Shown: in pieces, positions 30,866 through 42,464 of the stretch | Layout of the letters: every line of letters begins with the position of its first letter | Position numbering within the stretch: position 1 is the first letter of the stretch | Origin: an uncultured Acidobacterium sp. | GTDB lineage: Bacteria > Acidobacteriota > Vicinamibacteria > Vicinamibacterales > UBA2999 | Direction: 5' to 3' | Assembly (NCBI GenBank): GCA_964628295.1 | Contig: CAZVLS010000002.1 | Coordinates: forward strand, 681,565 to 745,564 | DNA length: 64,000 bases | Translations under genes and position numbers: made by a program | Notes under the pieces: model-generated | The model's input: the letters and a program-made list of their open reading frames with translations, nothing else | The model's database searches: none | What the model was told of the DNA's origin: nothing

Positions 30866-30917
30866 TTCTGTTGGCCCGTAGGCCCATTGGCCGTCGGCCC
30901 GATTTGGGAGGTTAGCT

Positions 30918-32273
30918 GTGCTTCGCAAGAAATGGTTCTGGGTTGTAGTCGTGCTACTGATCATCGGCGGCGGCGTGGCTGCCTCATTCGCACGGCGCGG
31001 CGACACCGGCATCACGGTGACGGTGGAGTCAATCCAGAAGCGGGATCTCGAAGCGATCGTCTCGGCATCGGGCAAGATCGATCCCAAGAAGACGGTCAAC
31101 ATCAGCGCCCAGACGATGGGCCGCGTGACGCGCCTTGGCGTCAAGGAAGGCGATCGCGTCAGCGCCGGCCAGTTCCTCCTGCAGATCGACCCGGTCAACG
31201 CGGAAGCGGCCGTGCGCCGCGACGTGGCCGCCGTCGCCGGCGCGCGTACCGCGCTCGAACAGTCGCGTGTCGGCCTGCAGAGCGCCCGCGCCAACCTCGA
31301 CGTCGCGCGCCAGAATCTCAAGCGCCAGCAGGAGCTGTGGAGTGCCGGCCTGACGACCCGCGAAACGCTCGAGCGCGCCCAGGCGGAAGTCGAAGTCCGC
31401 GAGAGCGACCTCAAGGGCCGCGAACAGGAAATCAAGAACCGCGAAACGCAGCTCAACCAGCAGCAGGCCGGGCTGTCCAGCAGCCAGCATGCGCTGGCCC
31501 AGGTCCGTTTCGAAGCGCCGTTTGACGGCATCGTCACGCGCCGCAACATCGAAGAGGGCGAAAACGTGATGGTCGGCACCATGAACAACGCCGGCACCGT
31601 GCTGCTGACGGTCGCCGACATGTCCGTGATTGAAGCGGAAGTCGAAGTCGACGAGACCGACATCCCGTTCGTCCAACTCGGACAGCCCGCGAAGGTCATG
31701 ATCGACGCGATTGCCGACAAGGAATTCACCGGCCGCGTCACCGAGATCGGCAACAGCCCCATCCAGACGGCGGGCAGCGGCACCACGCGCACGGCGACCA
31801 ACTTCAAGGTCACGATCACGATCGACGGTCAGATTCCTGAAGTGCGTCCCGGATTCACCTGCACGGCCGAGATCACGACGGCGACGAAGAAGCAGGTCAT
31901 GTCCGTGCCCATCCAGGCGCTGACCGTGCGCGAACTGCTCTTTGACGCCCAGGGCAACATCGTTCACGACAAGCGCCCGCCTCGCACCGGCTTCCGGTTT
32001 GGTCCGCCACCGGCGGCGACCACCGCGGCGGTGCCGGCTGAACTGAAGCCGGGCGAAAAGCGCGAAGAAGTGGAAGGCGTCTTCCTGATGCGCGACGGCA
32101 AGGCCGCGTTCACGACGGTCAAGACGGGCATTGCCGGCGAGCGCTATCTCGAGGTGCTGACCGGTCTCAAGGAAGGCGACCAGGTGATCACCGGGCCGTT
32201 CGATTCGGTGCGCGGCATGTTCGAGGGCGACATCGTGAAGACCGCCCCGAAGCCAGGCGCCGCGCAGAAATGA
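30918..32273 (+). CDS. Membrane fusion / periplasmic adaptor protein (MacA/YknX-like)
   Basis: N-terminal TM, lipoyl half motifs (VKEGDRVSAGQFL; APFDGIV), coiled-coil hairpin, VSVPIQA, GLKEGDQVI. Confidence 0.9.
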   Translation: MLRKKWFWVVVVLLIIGGGVAASFARRGDTGITVTVESIQKRDLEAIVSASGKIDPKKTVNISAQTMGRVTRLGVKEGDRVSAGQFLLQIDPVNAEAAVRRDVAAVAGARTALEQSRVGLQSARANLDVARQNLKRQQELWSAGLTTRETLERAQAEVEVRESDLKGREQEIKNRETQLNQQQAGLSSSQHALAQVRFEAPFDGIVTRRNIEEGENVMVGTMNNAGTVLLTVADMSVIEAEVEVDETDIPFVQLGQPAKVMIDAIADKEFTGRVTEIGNSPIQTAGSGTTRTATNFKVTITIDGQIPEVRPGFTCTAEITTATKKQVMSVPIQALTVRELLFDAQGNIVHDKRPPRTGFRFGPPPAATTAAVPAELKPGEKREEVEGVFLMRDGKAAFTTVKTGIAGERYLEVLTGLKEGDQVITGPFDSVRGMFEGDIVKTAPKPGAAQK

Positions 32274-32335
32274 CGGTAGGAACTGCGACGCCGGAAACAG
32301 TTGTAGCGACGACCCTTTAGGGTCGTCGACACCAA

Positions 32336-33559
<1,224 letters not shown>

Positions 33560-33562
33560 CTC

Positions 33563-34867
33563 ATGACGGCTTTCCGAAAACAGTTCGCGTTGTTTGGCGA
33601 GACCGCCGCGATGGCGTTCGAGACGCTGCGCAGCAACAAGATGCGCTCGGCGCTCACCGTGCTCGGCGTGGTGATCGGCGTCACCTCGATCGTCGGCATG
33701 ACGTCGCTGATCCGCGGCTTCGACAGCTCGCTGCGCGAATCGATCAACTCGCTCGGCCCGAACACGATCTTCGTGCAGAAGGCCGGCATTGCCAGCTTCT
33801 CGTCCGGCGCCTCGTTCATGGAGTTGATGCGCCGGCCGAACATCACCGCCGACGACATGAAGGCGATTCAGCGGCTCGGCACCACCGTTGGCATGGTGGA
33901 CTTGTGGCTGGGCGGCGGCGGTCCCGGCAGCCAGGAATCCGTCCAGCGCGTCTTCTATCGCGGCGAGCGCACCCGCCCGATGCCGATCATGGGCACCACC
34001 GAGCGCTACGTCGACATCAACTTCGCGAAGATGTACGCGGGACGGTCGTTCACGCAGCAGGAAGTGCAGCGCACGCGCAACGTGGCGGTGGTCGGATTCG
34101 GCGTCTACCAGGCGCTGTTCGAGAAGCGCGGCATCGACCCGATCGGCAAGCCCGTGCGCGCCGGCAACGCGGAGTACACCATCATCGGCGTCGTCGGCAA
34201 GCGCGCCTCGCCGGGCGGCTTCGGCGGCGCGGACGATTTCGCAATCATCCCGTACACCGCTTTCCGCAAGCAGTTCGGCAACGAGAAGCGGCAGCGCGGC
34301 CCGTTTGGCATCCCCGCCATGGTCGCAGTCCTGCCCAAAGAGGGCGTCTCGCGCGAGGAGGCCATGCGCGAGATCGAAACGATCATGCGCATTCGCCATG
34401 GTCTGACCCTCGACAAACCAAACGATTTCGACCTCGTCACGTCGGACGCGATCCTCGCGGTGTGGGACCAGATCTCGGCGGCGATCCTGCTCGCGCTGGT
34501 CGTCATCTCGTCGATCGCGTTGATGGTCGGCGGCATCGGCGTGATGGCGATCATGACGATCTCCGTCACCGAGCGAACCCGCGAGATCGGTGTCCGCCAG
34601 GCCATTGGCGCGCGACGCCGCGAGATCCTCGTGCAGTTCCTGATCGAGGCCGCCGTGCTGACCAGCGTTGGCGGCATCCTCGGCGTCTTGATGGGCAGCG
34701 CGATCGGGCTGCTCGTCAACCTGGTCTCGGGCTTCCCGGTTTCACTGCCCTGGTGGTCGTTCGCCCTCGGCCTCGGGTTCTCGGCCGGAATCGGCATTTT
34801 CTTCGGCATGCTGCCCGCCTGGCGCGCCTCGCGCCTCGACCCGATCGAAGCTCTGCGCTACGAATAG
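33563..34867 (+). CDS. MacB/FtsX-type ABC permease
   Basis: NKMRSALTVLG, VGGIGVMAIMTISVTERTREIG, PAWRASRLDPIEALRYE. Confidence 0.92.
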   Translation: MTAFRKQFALFGETAAMAFETLRSNKMRSALTVLGVVIGVTSIVGMTSLIRGFDSSLRESINSLGPNTIFVQKAGIASFSSGASFMELMRRPNITADDMKAIQRLGTTVGMVDLWLGGGGPGSQESVQRVFYRGERTRPMPIMGTTERYVDINFAKMYAGRSFTQQEVQRTRNVAVVGFGVYQALFEKRGIDPIGKPVRAGNAEYTIIGVVGKRASPGGFGGADDFAIIPYTAFRKQFGNEKRQRGPFGIPAMVAVLPKEGVSREEAMREIETIMRIRHGLTLDKPNDFDLVTSDAILAVWDQISAAILLALVVISSIALMVGGIGVMAIMTISVTERTREIGVRQAIGARRREILVQFLIEAAVLTSVGGILGVLMGSAIGLLVNLVSGFPVSLPWWSFALGLGFSAGIGIFFGMLPAWRASRLDPIEALRYE

Positions 34868-34990
34868 CCGCCTGTTGAGCTGGGAAAATTCTCTCAGCTC
34901 GCCGCGCGGAAGTCCCAACTGACAACGCCACCCTGCGGGTGTATGCTCCGCCCTGTCGGGGACCTGACGGCCCCCGGGAGGGTACCGCCC

Positions 34991-37084
34991 ATGAAGGTGT
35001 ATGACGCTGCCAGCATCCGTAACGTGGCCGTTGTCGGGCACGGCGGATCTGGCAAGACCCAATTGGTGTCGGCCTTGTTGTTCGATGCCGGAATGGTCAA
35101 CCGGCTCGGCAAGGTCGACGAAGGCAACACCGTCACTGACTACGACGAGGAAGAAATCGCCCGCAAGCACACTCTGTCTGCAAGCCTCGCCTACGCAGAG
35201 TGGAACAAGACCAAGATCAATCTCATCGATACACCCGGGTTCGGCAACTTTTTCGCCGATGCGCGCGCCGCGATTCACGTCGCGGATGGCGCGATGGTCG
35301 TCGTGGATGCCGTGGCCGGTGTCGAAGTGCAAACTGAAAAGGCGTGGGCCGCGGCGGCCGAAGCGGAGTTGCCACGACTGGTCGTGGTCAATCGTCTTGA
35401 CCGCGACCGGGCTTCTCTGGATCGCACGCTCGAGTCCATACGGCAGACACTGCATCGCGCCTGCGTGCCCGTGCAGTTGCCGATCGGCGAAGCCGGCGAC
35501 TTCCGCGGCGTCGTCGATCTCGTCGCCATGAAGGCCTACACCTTCGCCAACGACGAATCAGGAAAGATGACCGAGGGCGAGATCCCTGCGGACCTCGCCG
35601 TCGCCGCCAAGTCAGCCCGGGATCTGCTGATCGAGATGGTGGCCGAAGCCGACGAAACGCTGATGGAGCATTTCTTCGAAGCCGGCACGCTCGCGCACGA
35701 AGAACTCGTGCTCGGCCTGGCCGCCGCCACGCGCAACGCCCGGCTGTTCCCGGTGGTGTGCGCCTCAGGGGGCGCGAACATCGGCATTCAGCCGCTGCTC
35801 AACGCCATCCTTGAATACCTGCCGTCACCCGCCGAGCATCCGTTCAACGTGCTCGTCAACGGCGAAGCGGTGTCCAAGCGAGCCGACGACAAGGCGCCGT
35901 ACGCGGCGTTTGTCTTCAAGACCGTCGCCGATCAGTTCGCCGGACGCATCACGATGTTCCGCGTCTACCAGGGCACCATCAAGGCCGACGCCGCGGTGAC
36001 CAACGCCACGCAGGGCACGCAGGAGCGCCTGGGCCACCTGATCGTGATGCAGGGCAAGACACCGGCCAACGTGCCCGAACTGAAGGCCGGGGACATTGGC
36101 GCCGTCGCGAAGTTGAAGGACACGCGGACCAACGACACGTTTGCCGACAAGGCCACGGGATTCACGTTCCCGAAGATCACCTTCTCCGAGCCGGTTCTCT
36201 CATACGCAATCGAGCCGAAGAGCCGTGGCGACGAAGACAAGATCAGCACCGCCATGCATCGACTCGAAGAGGAAGACCCGACCATCAAGTACCACCGCGA
36301 TCCCCAGACCCACGAGCTGCTGCTTGCCGGCCAGGGGCAAATGCACATCGAGGTCACCGTGGCGAAGCTGAAGCGGCGCTTCGGCGTCGAGGTGCTCTTG
36401 AAGCCGCCCCGCATTCCCTACCGGGAGACGATCACCGCGCGCGCAGAAGCGCACGGCCGGCACAAGAAGCAGACCGGCGGCCATGGCCAGTTCGGAGACT
36501 GCAAGATCAAGCTGGAGCCGTTGCCCCGCGGCAGCGAGTTCGAGTTCGTTGACGAGATCTTCGGCGGCTCCATCCCGCGCCAGTTCATTCCGGCTGTCGA
36601 GAAGGGCATCCAGGAATCCCGGATGCGCGGCTACCTCGCCGGCTTCCCCGTCGTCGACTTCCGGGTCGTCTTGTTCGACGGGTCGTACCACGATGTCGAT
36701 TCGAACGAGCTGTCGTTCAAGACGGCGGGCTGGCTCGCATTCAAGGACGGCATGAGCCGCGCGCGACCGACGCTGCTCGAGCCGATCATGAACGTCGAGA
36801 TCTACGCGCCGGGCGATCACGCCGGCGACCTGATGGGCGACCTCAACGGGCGGCGCGGCCGCATTTCAGGCATGGAGGCGCGCGGCTTGACCACCGTGAT
36901 CAAGGCGCAGGTCCCGATGTCGGAGATGCTCACCTACGAGCAGCACCTCACGTCCGTAACCGGCGGGCGCGGTTCGTATCACATGGAGTACTCGCACTAC
37001 GACGAAGTGCCGAGTCACTTGCAGACGAAGATCATCGCGACGCATAAGGCCGAGCGCGGCCACGTCGCGGAGGAAATGGCCTAG
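34991..37084 (+). CDS. Elongation factor G paralogue (EF-G2 / EF-G II)
   Basis: Five-domain EF-G layout; G1 GHGGSGKT, switch I RKHT, DTPGFGNF, KQTGGHGQFG, YHDVDS; ATG at 34991. Confidence 0.9.
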   Translation: MKVYDAASIRNVAVVGHGGSGKTQLVSALLFDAGMVNRLGKVDEGNTVTDYDEEEIARKHTLSASLAYAEWNKTKINLIDTPGFGNFFADARAAIHVADGAMVVVDAVAGVEVQTEKAWAAAAEAELPRLVVVNRLDRDRASLDRTLESIRQTLHRACVPVQLPIGEAGDFRGVVDLVAMKAYTFANDESGKMTEGEIPADLAVAAKSARDLLIEMVAEADETLMEHFFEAGTLAHEELVLGLAAATRNARLFPVVCASGGANIGIQPLLNAILEYLPSPAEHPFNVLVNGEAVSKRADDKAPYAAFVFKTVADQFAGRITMFRVYQGTIKADAAVTNATQGTQERLGHLIVMQGKTPANVPELKAGDIGAVAKLKDTRTNDTFADKATGFTFPKITFSEPVLSYAIEPKSRGDEDKISTAMHRLEEEDPTIKYHRDPQTHELLLAGQGQMHIEVTVAKLKRRFGVEVLLKPPRIPYRETITARAEAHGRHKKQTGGHGQFGDCKIKLEPLPRGSEFEFVDEIFGGSIPRQFIPAVEKGIQESRMRGYLAGFPVVDFRVVLFDGSYHDVDSNELSFKTAGWLAFKDGMSRARPTLLEPIMNVEIYAPGDHAGDLMGDLNGRRGRISGMEARGLTTVIKAQVPMSEMLTYEQHLTSVTGGRGSYHMEYSHYDEVPSHLQTKIIATHKAERGHVAEEMA

Positions 37085-37710
37085 GTCATCTCGTCTTCGG
37101 CCTCAATGTCGGTAATCGCCTGGACCGTGACCCCGAGGTCCGAGATGATGCCGTCCTTGAGGCCGTAGATCCAGCCGTGCAATTGCAGCGGATGGCCGCG
37201 CCGCCACGCGTCCTGGACGATGGTGGTGCGGCCGATGTTGCGGACCTGCTCCACCACGTTCAATTCGCACAACCGGTCGACCCGCGCATGGTCAGTCGCA
37301 ATGGCGCGCAGTTCGCGGGAGTGGTCCCGCTCGACATCCTGGACGTGGCGCAGCCAGTTGTCGATCAACCCGTGTGAGGCCCGGTCCATGGCCGCGCGCA
37401 CACCGCCGCAGCCGTAGTGGCCGCACACGATCACATGCTTCACCTTCAGGACGTCGACGGCAAACTGCAGCACGGACAGGCAGTTGAGATCGGTGTGCAC
37501 CACGACGTTCGCGACGTTGCGGTGGACGAACAACTCGCCGGGGTCAAGGCCGACGATCTCGTTGGCCGGGACGCGGCTGTCTGAGCAACCAATCCAGAGG
37601 AATTCCGGGGCCTGCTGGCCGGCCAGACGCGTGAAGAAGCCGGGATCGCGCTTGATGCGCTCCGCAGCCCAGGTGCGATTGTTGTCGAGAAGCCGGCTGA
37701 GAGGGGGCAC
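37081..37710 (-). CDS. can: Beta-class carbonic anhydrase
   Basis: WIGCSDSRVP, FVHRNVAN, CGHYGCGG. Confidence 0.93.
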   Translation of the reverse strand: MPPLSRLLDNNRTWAAERIKRDPGFFTRLAGQQAPEFLWIGCSDSRVPANEIVGLDPGELFVHRNVANVVVHTDLNCLSVLQFAVDVLKVKHVIVCGHYGCGGVRAAMDRASHGLIDNWLRHVQDVERDHSRELRAIATDHARVDRLCELNVVEQVRNIGRTTIVQDAWRRGHPLQLHGWIYGLKDGIISDLGVTVQAITDIEAEDEMT

Positions 37711-37719
37711 GGCTAGATT

Positions 37720-38337
37720 CTATAGGCTCGCCTGCTTCGTCGCCACCCATGTCGTCATCGAACGCTGGCCGTGGACGACGGTCGTCTTGATCGGATCGAT
37801 CAGCGATCCGCCCAACCGGCGCGTGAACTGTTCGATCACGTCGGCGTCGACCAGGAAGCGGTCGGAACCATCCGGTAAGCGGTACCTGCCGTCCCGGATC
37901 GGCACAACCTGGTCCGCGATGCCGATGGTGCTGGCCAGCCGCGCGAAGAACACGCCGCCTGGCTTCAGCACTCGCCACAGTTGCCGCACCATCGCCTCGA
38001 AGTGCTGGCTGTCGCGCGCGAAGTGCAGTACCGCGCTGGACATCACCACGTCGGCATGGGCGTCGGGGAACGACGTGTGCTCAATCGCTTCGACACGGAG
38101 GTCGTGCGCGCGCCCTGGCGCGAGCGATCCGGCCAGTGCACGCACCTGCGCCACGGCACGAGGGTCCGCATCATTGCCGCAGACCTCGTAGCCTTCGCGA
38201 AGCAGGTAAACGAGGTTACGGCCGCCGCCGCAGCCGGCATCCATCACCCGCATGCCGGGAGTGATCCGCCCTCGCAACAGCTGATCGAAGACGTAGATGT
38301 CGATGTTGCCGAACTGCTCGGCGAGCGGCGTGGTCAT
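37720..38337 (-). CDS. Class I SAM-dependent methyltransferase
   Basis: MDAGCGGGRN motif I, SAVLHFA, LKPGG; ATGA overlap with the upstream gene. Confidence 0.85.
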   Translation of the reverse strand: MTTPLAEQFGNIDIYVFDQLLRGRITPGMRVMDAGCGGGRNLVYLLREGYEVCGNDADPRAVAQVRALAGSLAPGRAHDLRVEAIEHTSFPDAHADVVMSSAVLHFARDSQHFEAMVRQLWRVLKPGGVFFARLASTIGIADQVVPIRDGRYRLPDGSDRFLVDADVIEQFTRRLGGSLIDPIKTTVVHGQRSMTTWVATKQASL

Positions 38338-38741
38338 ATCGGCCTCAGATCCGGCTCCACCCATGACCGTCGCGCCACCACGGAGAACAGCTTCCCCTCC
38401 GAGTAGTGGTGCAGGGGCAACTTCCGGTCGCCGCAGGCGGCGAGGAGCGCGCGCGCCAGCTCATCGAGATCCATCGATCGGTCGGCCGTGGCCAGGAATC
38501 GGTCAATCACGGTGACGTAGAAGCGCGTCAGCGTCTCGTGGTAGCCGGAAGTGTCGGTGTTCTGCGTTCCCACCGACTCGTTGTACAGGGTGATGCGCTT
38601 GCGCAGCAGTTCGAGCGCGGCGACTGCGCCGTGCGCGTGCACGTGCCACAGGCCGGCGCGCAAGTGCGCCTCATGCGTCCACTCGCGCTTCGGCAGCGTG
38701 CGGTCAATGAGCGCGCGCGCGATGCGTTCCGTCTCACTCAT
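38334..38741 (-). CDS. Conserved-looking hypothetical protein
   Basis: WTHEAHL, GYHETLT, WVEPDL motifs; coding-like composition; coupled to the methyltransferase. Confidence 0.65.
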   Translation of the reverse strand: MSETERIARALIDRTLPKREWTHEAHLRAGLWHVHAHGAVAALELLRKRITLYNESVGTQNTDTSGYHETLTRFYVTVIDRFLATADRSMDLDELARALLAACGDRKLPLHHYSEGKLFSVVARRSWVEPDLRPI

Positions 38742-38745
38742 GCTC

Positions 38746-38783
38746 AAAAAGAAATGGCCTCGACGGTATTCCCATCGAGGCCA
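38746..38783 (-). terminator. Rho-independent terminator of the ribosomal superoperon
   Basis: Minus strand TGGCCTCGA-tgggaataccg-TCGAGGCCA followed by TTTCTTTTT, downstream of rplQ. Confidence 0.8.
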
Positions 38784-38787
38784 CAAA

Positions 38788-38823
38788 CTCAACTTGAAAC
38801 TTGAAACTCTAAACTTGAAACTT
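38788..38823. repeat. Heptamer tandem repeat (AAACTTG-like)
   Basis: caacttg aaacttg aaactct aaacttg aaacttt directly after the rplQ stop. Confidence 0.8.
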
Positions 38824-38825
38824 TC

Positions 38826-39437
38826 CTAGGCTCCGCCGGCCTTGCGCGGGGTCGTGCTCTTCTTCTGAGCACCACGCGCCGGCTTGCTGGCCTTGTTCTT
38901 CGCGCCACCGCCGTCGTTCTTCTTGCCGCCGCCGATGTTCTTGGCCGCGCCGCGAAGGCGCTCGCCAAGGCTCTTGGTCTGCTTCGGCGCGTCACCGGCC
39001 TCAGCCGCCGCTTCCGCGGCCTTCTTCTCTTCTTCGGCCTTCTTCGGGTCGAATTCGCTGCCGATCAATTCGATCTGCGCGACTTCGGCCGCGTCGCCAC
39101 GGCGCGCGCCGATCTTGAGGATGCGGGTGTAGCCGCCCGGGCGTTCCATGAACCGGGGCGCCAGCTCGTCGAACAGCTTGGTGACCACGGTCTCATTGAG
39201 AACGTCGCGCATCACCAGGCGGCGGGCCGACAGGGACGCGCCCTTCGGATCGTTCGCCTTCACGCCACGCTTGGCGATGGTGATGAGGCGTTCCACGTAG
39301 GGCCGAAGCTCCTTCGCCTTGGGGACGGTGGTTTCGATCTTCTCGTGCGCGAGCAGAGCTTCCGCCTGGTTGCGGAGCAGGGCGGTGCGGTGCGCGGAAA
39401 TCCGTCCGAGCTTGCGGTGTGCATTTCGATGACGCAT
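38826..39437 (-). CDS. rplQ: 50S ribosomal protein L17 with long C-terminal extension
   Basis: [36 protein letters not shown]. Confidence 0.97.
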   Translation of the reverse strand: MRHRNAHRKLGRISAHRTALLRNQAEALLAHEKIETTVPKAKELRPYVERLITIAKRGVKANDPKGASLSARRLVMRDVLNETVVTKLFDELAPRFMERPGGYTRILKIGARRGDAAEVAQIELIGSEFDPKKAEEEKKAAEAAAEAGDAPKQTKSLGERLRGAAKNIGGGKKNDGGGAKNKASKPARGAQKKSTTPRKAGGA

Positions 39438-39443
39438 GACTGT

Positions 39444-40421
39444 TTATTCTGCGGCGGCGGGCTGGTCGAGCTTCATGCCGAGGCTCAGCCCCATCGACGT
39501 CAGGATCTCCTTGATCTCGTTGAGCGACTTGCGCCCGAAATTCTTGGTCTTGAGCATTTCGGTCTCGGTCTTGCCGACCAGCTCGCGAATGGTGCGGATG
39601 TTGGCGTTCTTCAGGCAGTTGTACGACCGCACCGACAACTCGAGTTCCTCGACGCTCTTGTCGAGGTGTTCGTTCGACACGCCGGCGCGCGCCGGCTCCG
39701 AACCGGATTCGATCGCCTCGTCGTCGCCGTCCTCGAGGTTCACGAAGATGTTCAGGTGATCGCGGACCAGCTTGGCCGACAGCGACACCGCGTCGCGCGG
39801 CGTGACCGAGCCATTCGTCCACACTTCGATCGTCAGCTTGTCGTAATCGGTGACCTGGCCGATACGCGCGCCTTCGACGAGGTAGTTCACCTTCTTGACC
39901 GGCGAGTGCGTCGAGTCGATCGGGATCCAGCCAATGCCGAGATCCTCATCGAAGTTGCGGTCGGCGGCGACGTAGCCGCGGCCGCGCTTGACGCGCAGCT
40001 GCATGTGCAGCTTGCCGCCTTCGGCGATGGTCGCAATGTGCGCATCCGGTTCCAGGATTTCGACGTCGGCATCGGCTTCGATGTCCGAGGCGCGCACCGG
40101 GCCCGGCTTGTCCTTCCGCAGCGTCAGCGTCTTCGTGTAGTCCACGTGGCACGTCAGCGGCAGCTGCTTGAGGTTCAGGATGATGTCAGTCGCGTCCTCG
40201 ACCACGCCCTTGATCGGCGAAAACTCGTGCAGCACGCCGTCGATCTGCACCGCCGTGATCGCGGCGCCTTCGATCGAGGACAGCAGCACGCGGCGGAGCG
40301 CGTTACCGATGGTCGTGCCGAAACCGCGCTCGAACGGCTGCGCATAGAAGCGGCCGAAGCGGTCGGTCAGGGTCTCGCGTTCGAATTCAAGGCGCTTGGG
40401 GCGCTGAAAACCTTTCCACAT
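39444..40421 (-). CDS. rpoA: RNA polymerase alpha subunit
   Basis: [46 protein letters not shown]. Confidence 0.98.
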   Translation of the reverse strand: MWKGFQRPKRLEFERETLTDRFGRFYAQPFERGFGTTIGNALRRVLLSSIEGAAITAVQIDGVLHEFSPIKGVVEDATDIILNLKQLPLTCHVDYTKTLTLRKDKPGPVRASDIEADADVEILEPDAHIATIAEGGKLHMQLRVKRGRGYVAADRNFDEDLGIGWIPIDSTHSPVKKVNYLVEGARIGQVTDYDKLTIEVWTNGSVTPRDAVSLSAKLVRDHLNIFVNLEDGDDEAIESGSEPARAGVSNEHLDKSVEELELSVRSYNCLKNANIRTIRELVGKTETEMLKTKNFGRKSLNEIKEILTSMGLSLGMKLDQPAAAE

Positions 40422-40562
40422 ATCTCACGTTCCTTTCGCGAACGGGCCACCAACCGTGGCCTCCAAACCTGCGGGTTGTCACCGCGCTCGCTCGCTGCAG
40501 GTTTGAAGAGCTGCTGGAGCGCGGCTTGCGAAGCAGGCGGGATGACTGTCCCGCCTCTACGA

Positions 40563-41189
40563 CTACTTGCTGTAAAGCTCGACGATGAGCTGTTCCTGCA
40601 CCGGCAGGTTGATCTGCTCGCGGGTCGGCATCGACACCACCTTGGCGCCGAGACCTTCCGACGAAATCCATTCCGGGATGCCGCGGCCCTTGACCTCTTC
40701 CTGCGCGTGCAGGATGGTCGGGTTCTGGCGGCTGCCTTCGCGCACCAGCACCGTGTCGCCCGACTTCAGCGAGAAGGACGGGATGTCGACGCGCTTGCCG
40801 TTGACCAGGAAGTGGCCGTGGCGCACCAGCTGACGCGCCTGCGCGCGCGAGGTCGCAAGACCCATGCGGTAGACGGCGTTGTCGAGGCGGCGTTCCAGCA
40901 ACTGGAGCAGCGTCTCGCCGGTGATGCCGCCGCGCGTGCGCTCGGCCTGTTCGAAGTAGCGGCGGAACTGGTCTTCCAGCACGCCGTAAATGCGCTTGAC
41001 CTTCTGCTTCTCGCGCAGCTGAACGCCGTAGCCGACCATCTTGGCCTTGCGCAGACGGCCGTGCATGCCCGGGGGCATGTTGCGCTTTTCAATCGCGCAC
41101 TTCTCGGTGTAGCAACGCTCGCCCTTGAGGAACAACTTCATGCCCTCGCGGCGGCACAGGCGGCAAACGGGTCCGTTATATCGAGCCAT
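40563..41189 (-). CDS. rpsD: 30S ribosomal protein S4 (zinc-binding form)
   Basis: [43 protein letters not shown]. Confidence 0.98.
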   Translation of the reverse strand: MARYNGPVCRLCRREGMKLFLKGERCYTEKCAIEKRNMPPGMHGRLRKAKMVGYGVQLREKQKVKRIYGVLEDQFRRYFEQAERTRGGITGETLLQLLERRLDNAVYRMGLATSRAQARQLVRHGHFLVNGKRVDIPSFSLKSGDTVLVREGSRQNPTILHAQEEVKGRGIPEWISSEGLGAKVVSMPTREQINLPVQEQLIVELYSK

Positions 41190-41191
41190 AT

Positions 41192-41226
41192 AGATTTCAG
41201 ATCTCTGATGTCAGATTGCAGATTGC
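41192..41226. repeat. Five-unit heptamer repeat (AGATTGC-like) between rpsK and rpsD
   Basis: agatttc agatctc tgatgtc agattgc agattgc. Confidence 0.75.
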
Positions 41227-41230
41227 CATA

Positions 41231-41659
41231 TCAAACGCGGCGGCGCTTCGGCGGCCGGCAGCCGTTGTGCGGGATCGGCGTGACGTCGCGGATCGAGCGC
41301 ACTTCGAGGCCGGCGGTCTGCAGCGCCCGGATCGCGGACTCACGGCCTGAGCCGGGGCCCTTGACCAGCACGTCGCACGAGCGCATGCCGAACGTCTTGG
41401 CGGTATTGGTGGCGCTCAGCGCCGCCTGGGTGGCCGCAAACGGCGTGCCCTTGCGCGAGCCCTTGAAGCCGATCGCGCCGGCGCTCGACCACGACACCAC
41501 GGCGCCTTCGGCGTCGGTGATGGTGATCAGCGTGTTGTTGAACGACGCCTGCACGTGCACGAAGCCGTGATGCACGACGCGCTTCTCGCCGCGCTTCTTG
41601 AACGCCTTCTTCTTCTTTGCAGGCGCTTCCGCGCCGCCCTGCTGTTCTGCTTTTGCCAT
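41231..41659 (-). CDS. rpsK: 30S ribosomal protein S11
   Basis: [43 protein letters not shown]. Confidence 0.98.
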   Translation of the reverse strand: MAKAEQQGGAEAPAKKKKAFKKRGEKRVVHHGFVHVQASFNNTLITITDAEGAVVSWSSAGAIGFKGSRKGTPFAATQAALSATNTAKTFGMRSCDVLVKGPGSGRESAIRALQTAGLEVRSIRDVTPIPHNGCRPPKRRRV

Positions 41660-41665
41660 GATGCG

Positions 41666-42040
41666 TTACACCGTCTTCTTCTTGGCGACCGCGCCCTTGC
41701 GCGGCCCCTTGCGCGTGCGGGCGTTGGTCTTGGTGCGCTGCCCGCGCAGCGGCAGGTTGCGGCGGTGACGACCGCCCCGATAGCTGCCGATCTCGATCAG
41801 CCGCTTGATGTTGAGCGAGATCTCCTTGCGGAGGTCGCCTTCCACGCCGCCCTGCTCTTCGAGGACACGCGTGATCTTGCGCACGTCGTCTTCGGTCAGG
41901 TCCTTGACGCGAACGTTGGGGTCGACACCCGCCGCCGTCAGGACGACGTTCGAGCGGTGACGGCCGATGCCGAAGATGTACGTGAGACCGATCTCGATGC
42001 GCTTCGTGCGCGGAAGATCGACACCTGAAATACGCGCCAT
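41666..42040 (-). CDS. rpsM: 30S ribosomal protein S13
   Basis: [31 protein letters not shown]; true start ATG 42040. Confidence 0.98.
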   Translation of the reverse strand: MARISGVDLPRTKRIEIGLTYIFGIGRHRSNVVLTAAGVDPNVRVKDLTEDDVRKITRVLEEQGGVEGDLRKEISLNIKRLIEIGSYRGGRHRRNLPLRGQRTKTNARTRKGPRKGAVAKKKTV

Positions 42041-42045
42041 AGTCC

Positions 42046-42159
42046 TTATCCCTGCCGTTGCTTGTGCTTCTGATTCGAGCAGATCACACGCACCACTCCG
42101 CGGCGGCGCACGACCTTGCACTTGTCACAAATTTTCTTGACCGAGGCTCTGACCTTCAT
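42046..42159 (-). CDS. rpmJ: 50S ribosomal protein L36 (not in the ORF track)
   Basis: Hand translation [37 protein letters not shown]. Confidence 0.97.
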   Translation of the reverse strand: MKVRASVKKICDKCKVVRRRGVVRVICSNQKHKQRQG

Positions 42160-42213
42160 CGCTTTCTCCCTTTGCGGCTCTCCGAGCCGCCGGCGGTGCC
42201 CGGCACCGCCGAC

Positions 42214-42435
42214 TTACAACTTCTCTACGATCCGAGCTCGGCCTGGGTCGTTGGCCATCAATTGCACCCGAACCCGATCACCGACGATCACCCGCACGTA
42301 GTTGCGTCCCACCGGACTCGCCAAATGCGCGGTCACAACATGCCGCCCGTCGAGCTCGACCCGAACCAGCTGGCTCGGCAACAACTCGAGGACGACGCCT
42401 TCTGCCGTCCGATCCGGCGACCGTTGCGCATCCAT
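42214..42435 (-). CDS. infA: Translation initiation factor IF-1, divergent
   Basis: 73 aa: EGVVLELLP..VRVELD..HVVTAHL...NYVRVIVGDRV; canonical position between map and rpmJ. Confidence 0.8.
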   Translation of the reverse strand: MDAQRSPDRTAEGVVLELLPSQLVRVELDGRHVVTAHLASPVGRNYVRVIVGDRVRVQLMANDPGRARIVEKL

Positions 42436-42464
42436 TGCTGGCTCGCTCCGCTCGCTGCGGTCGG

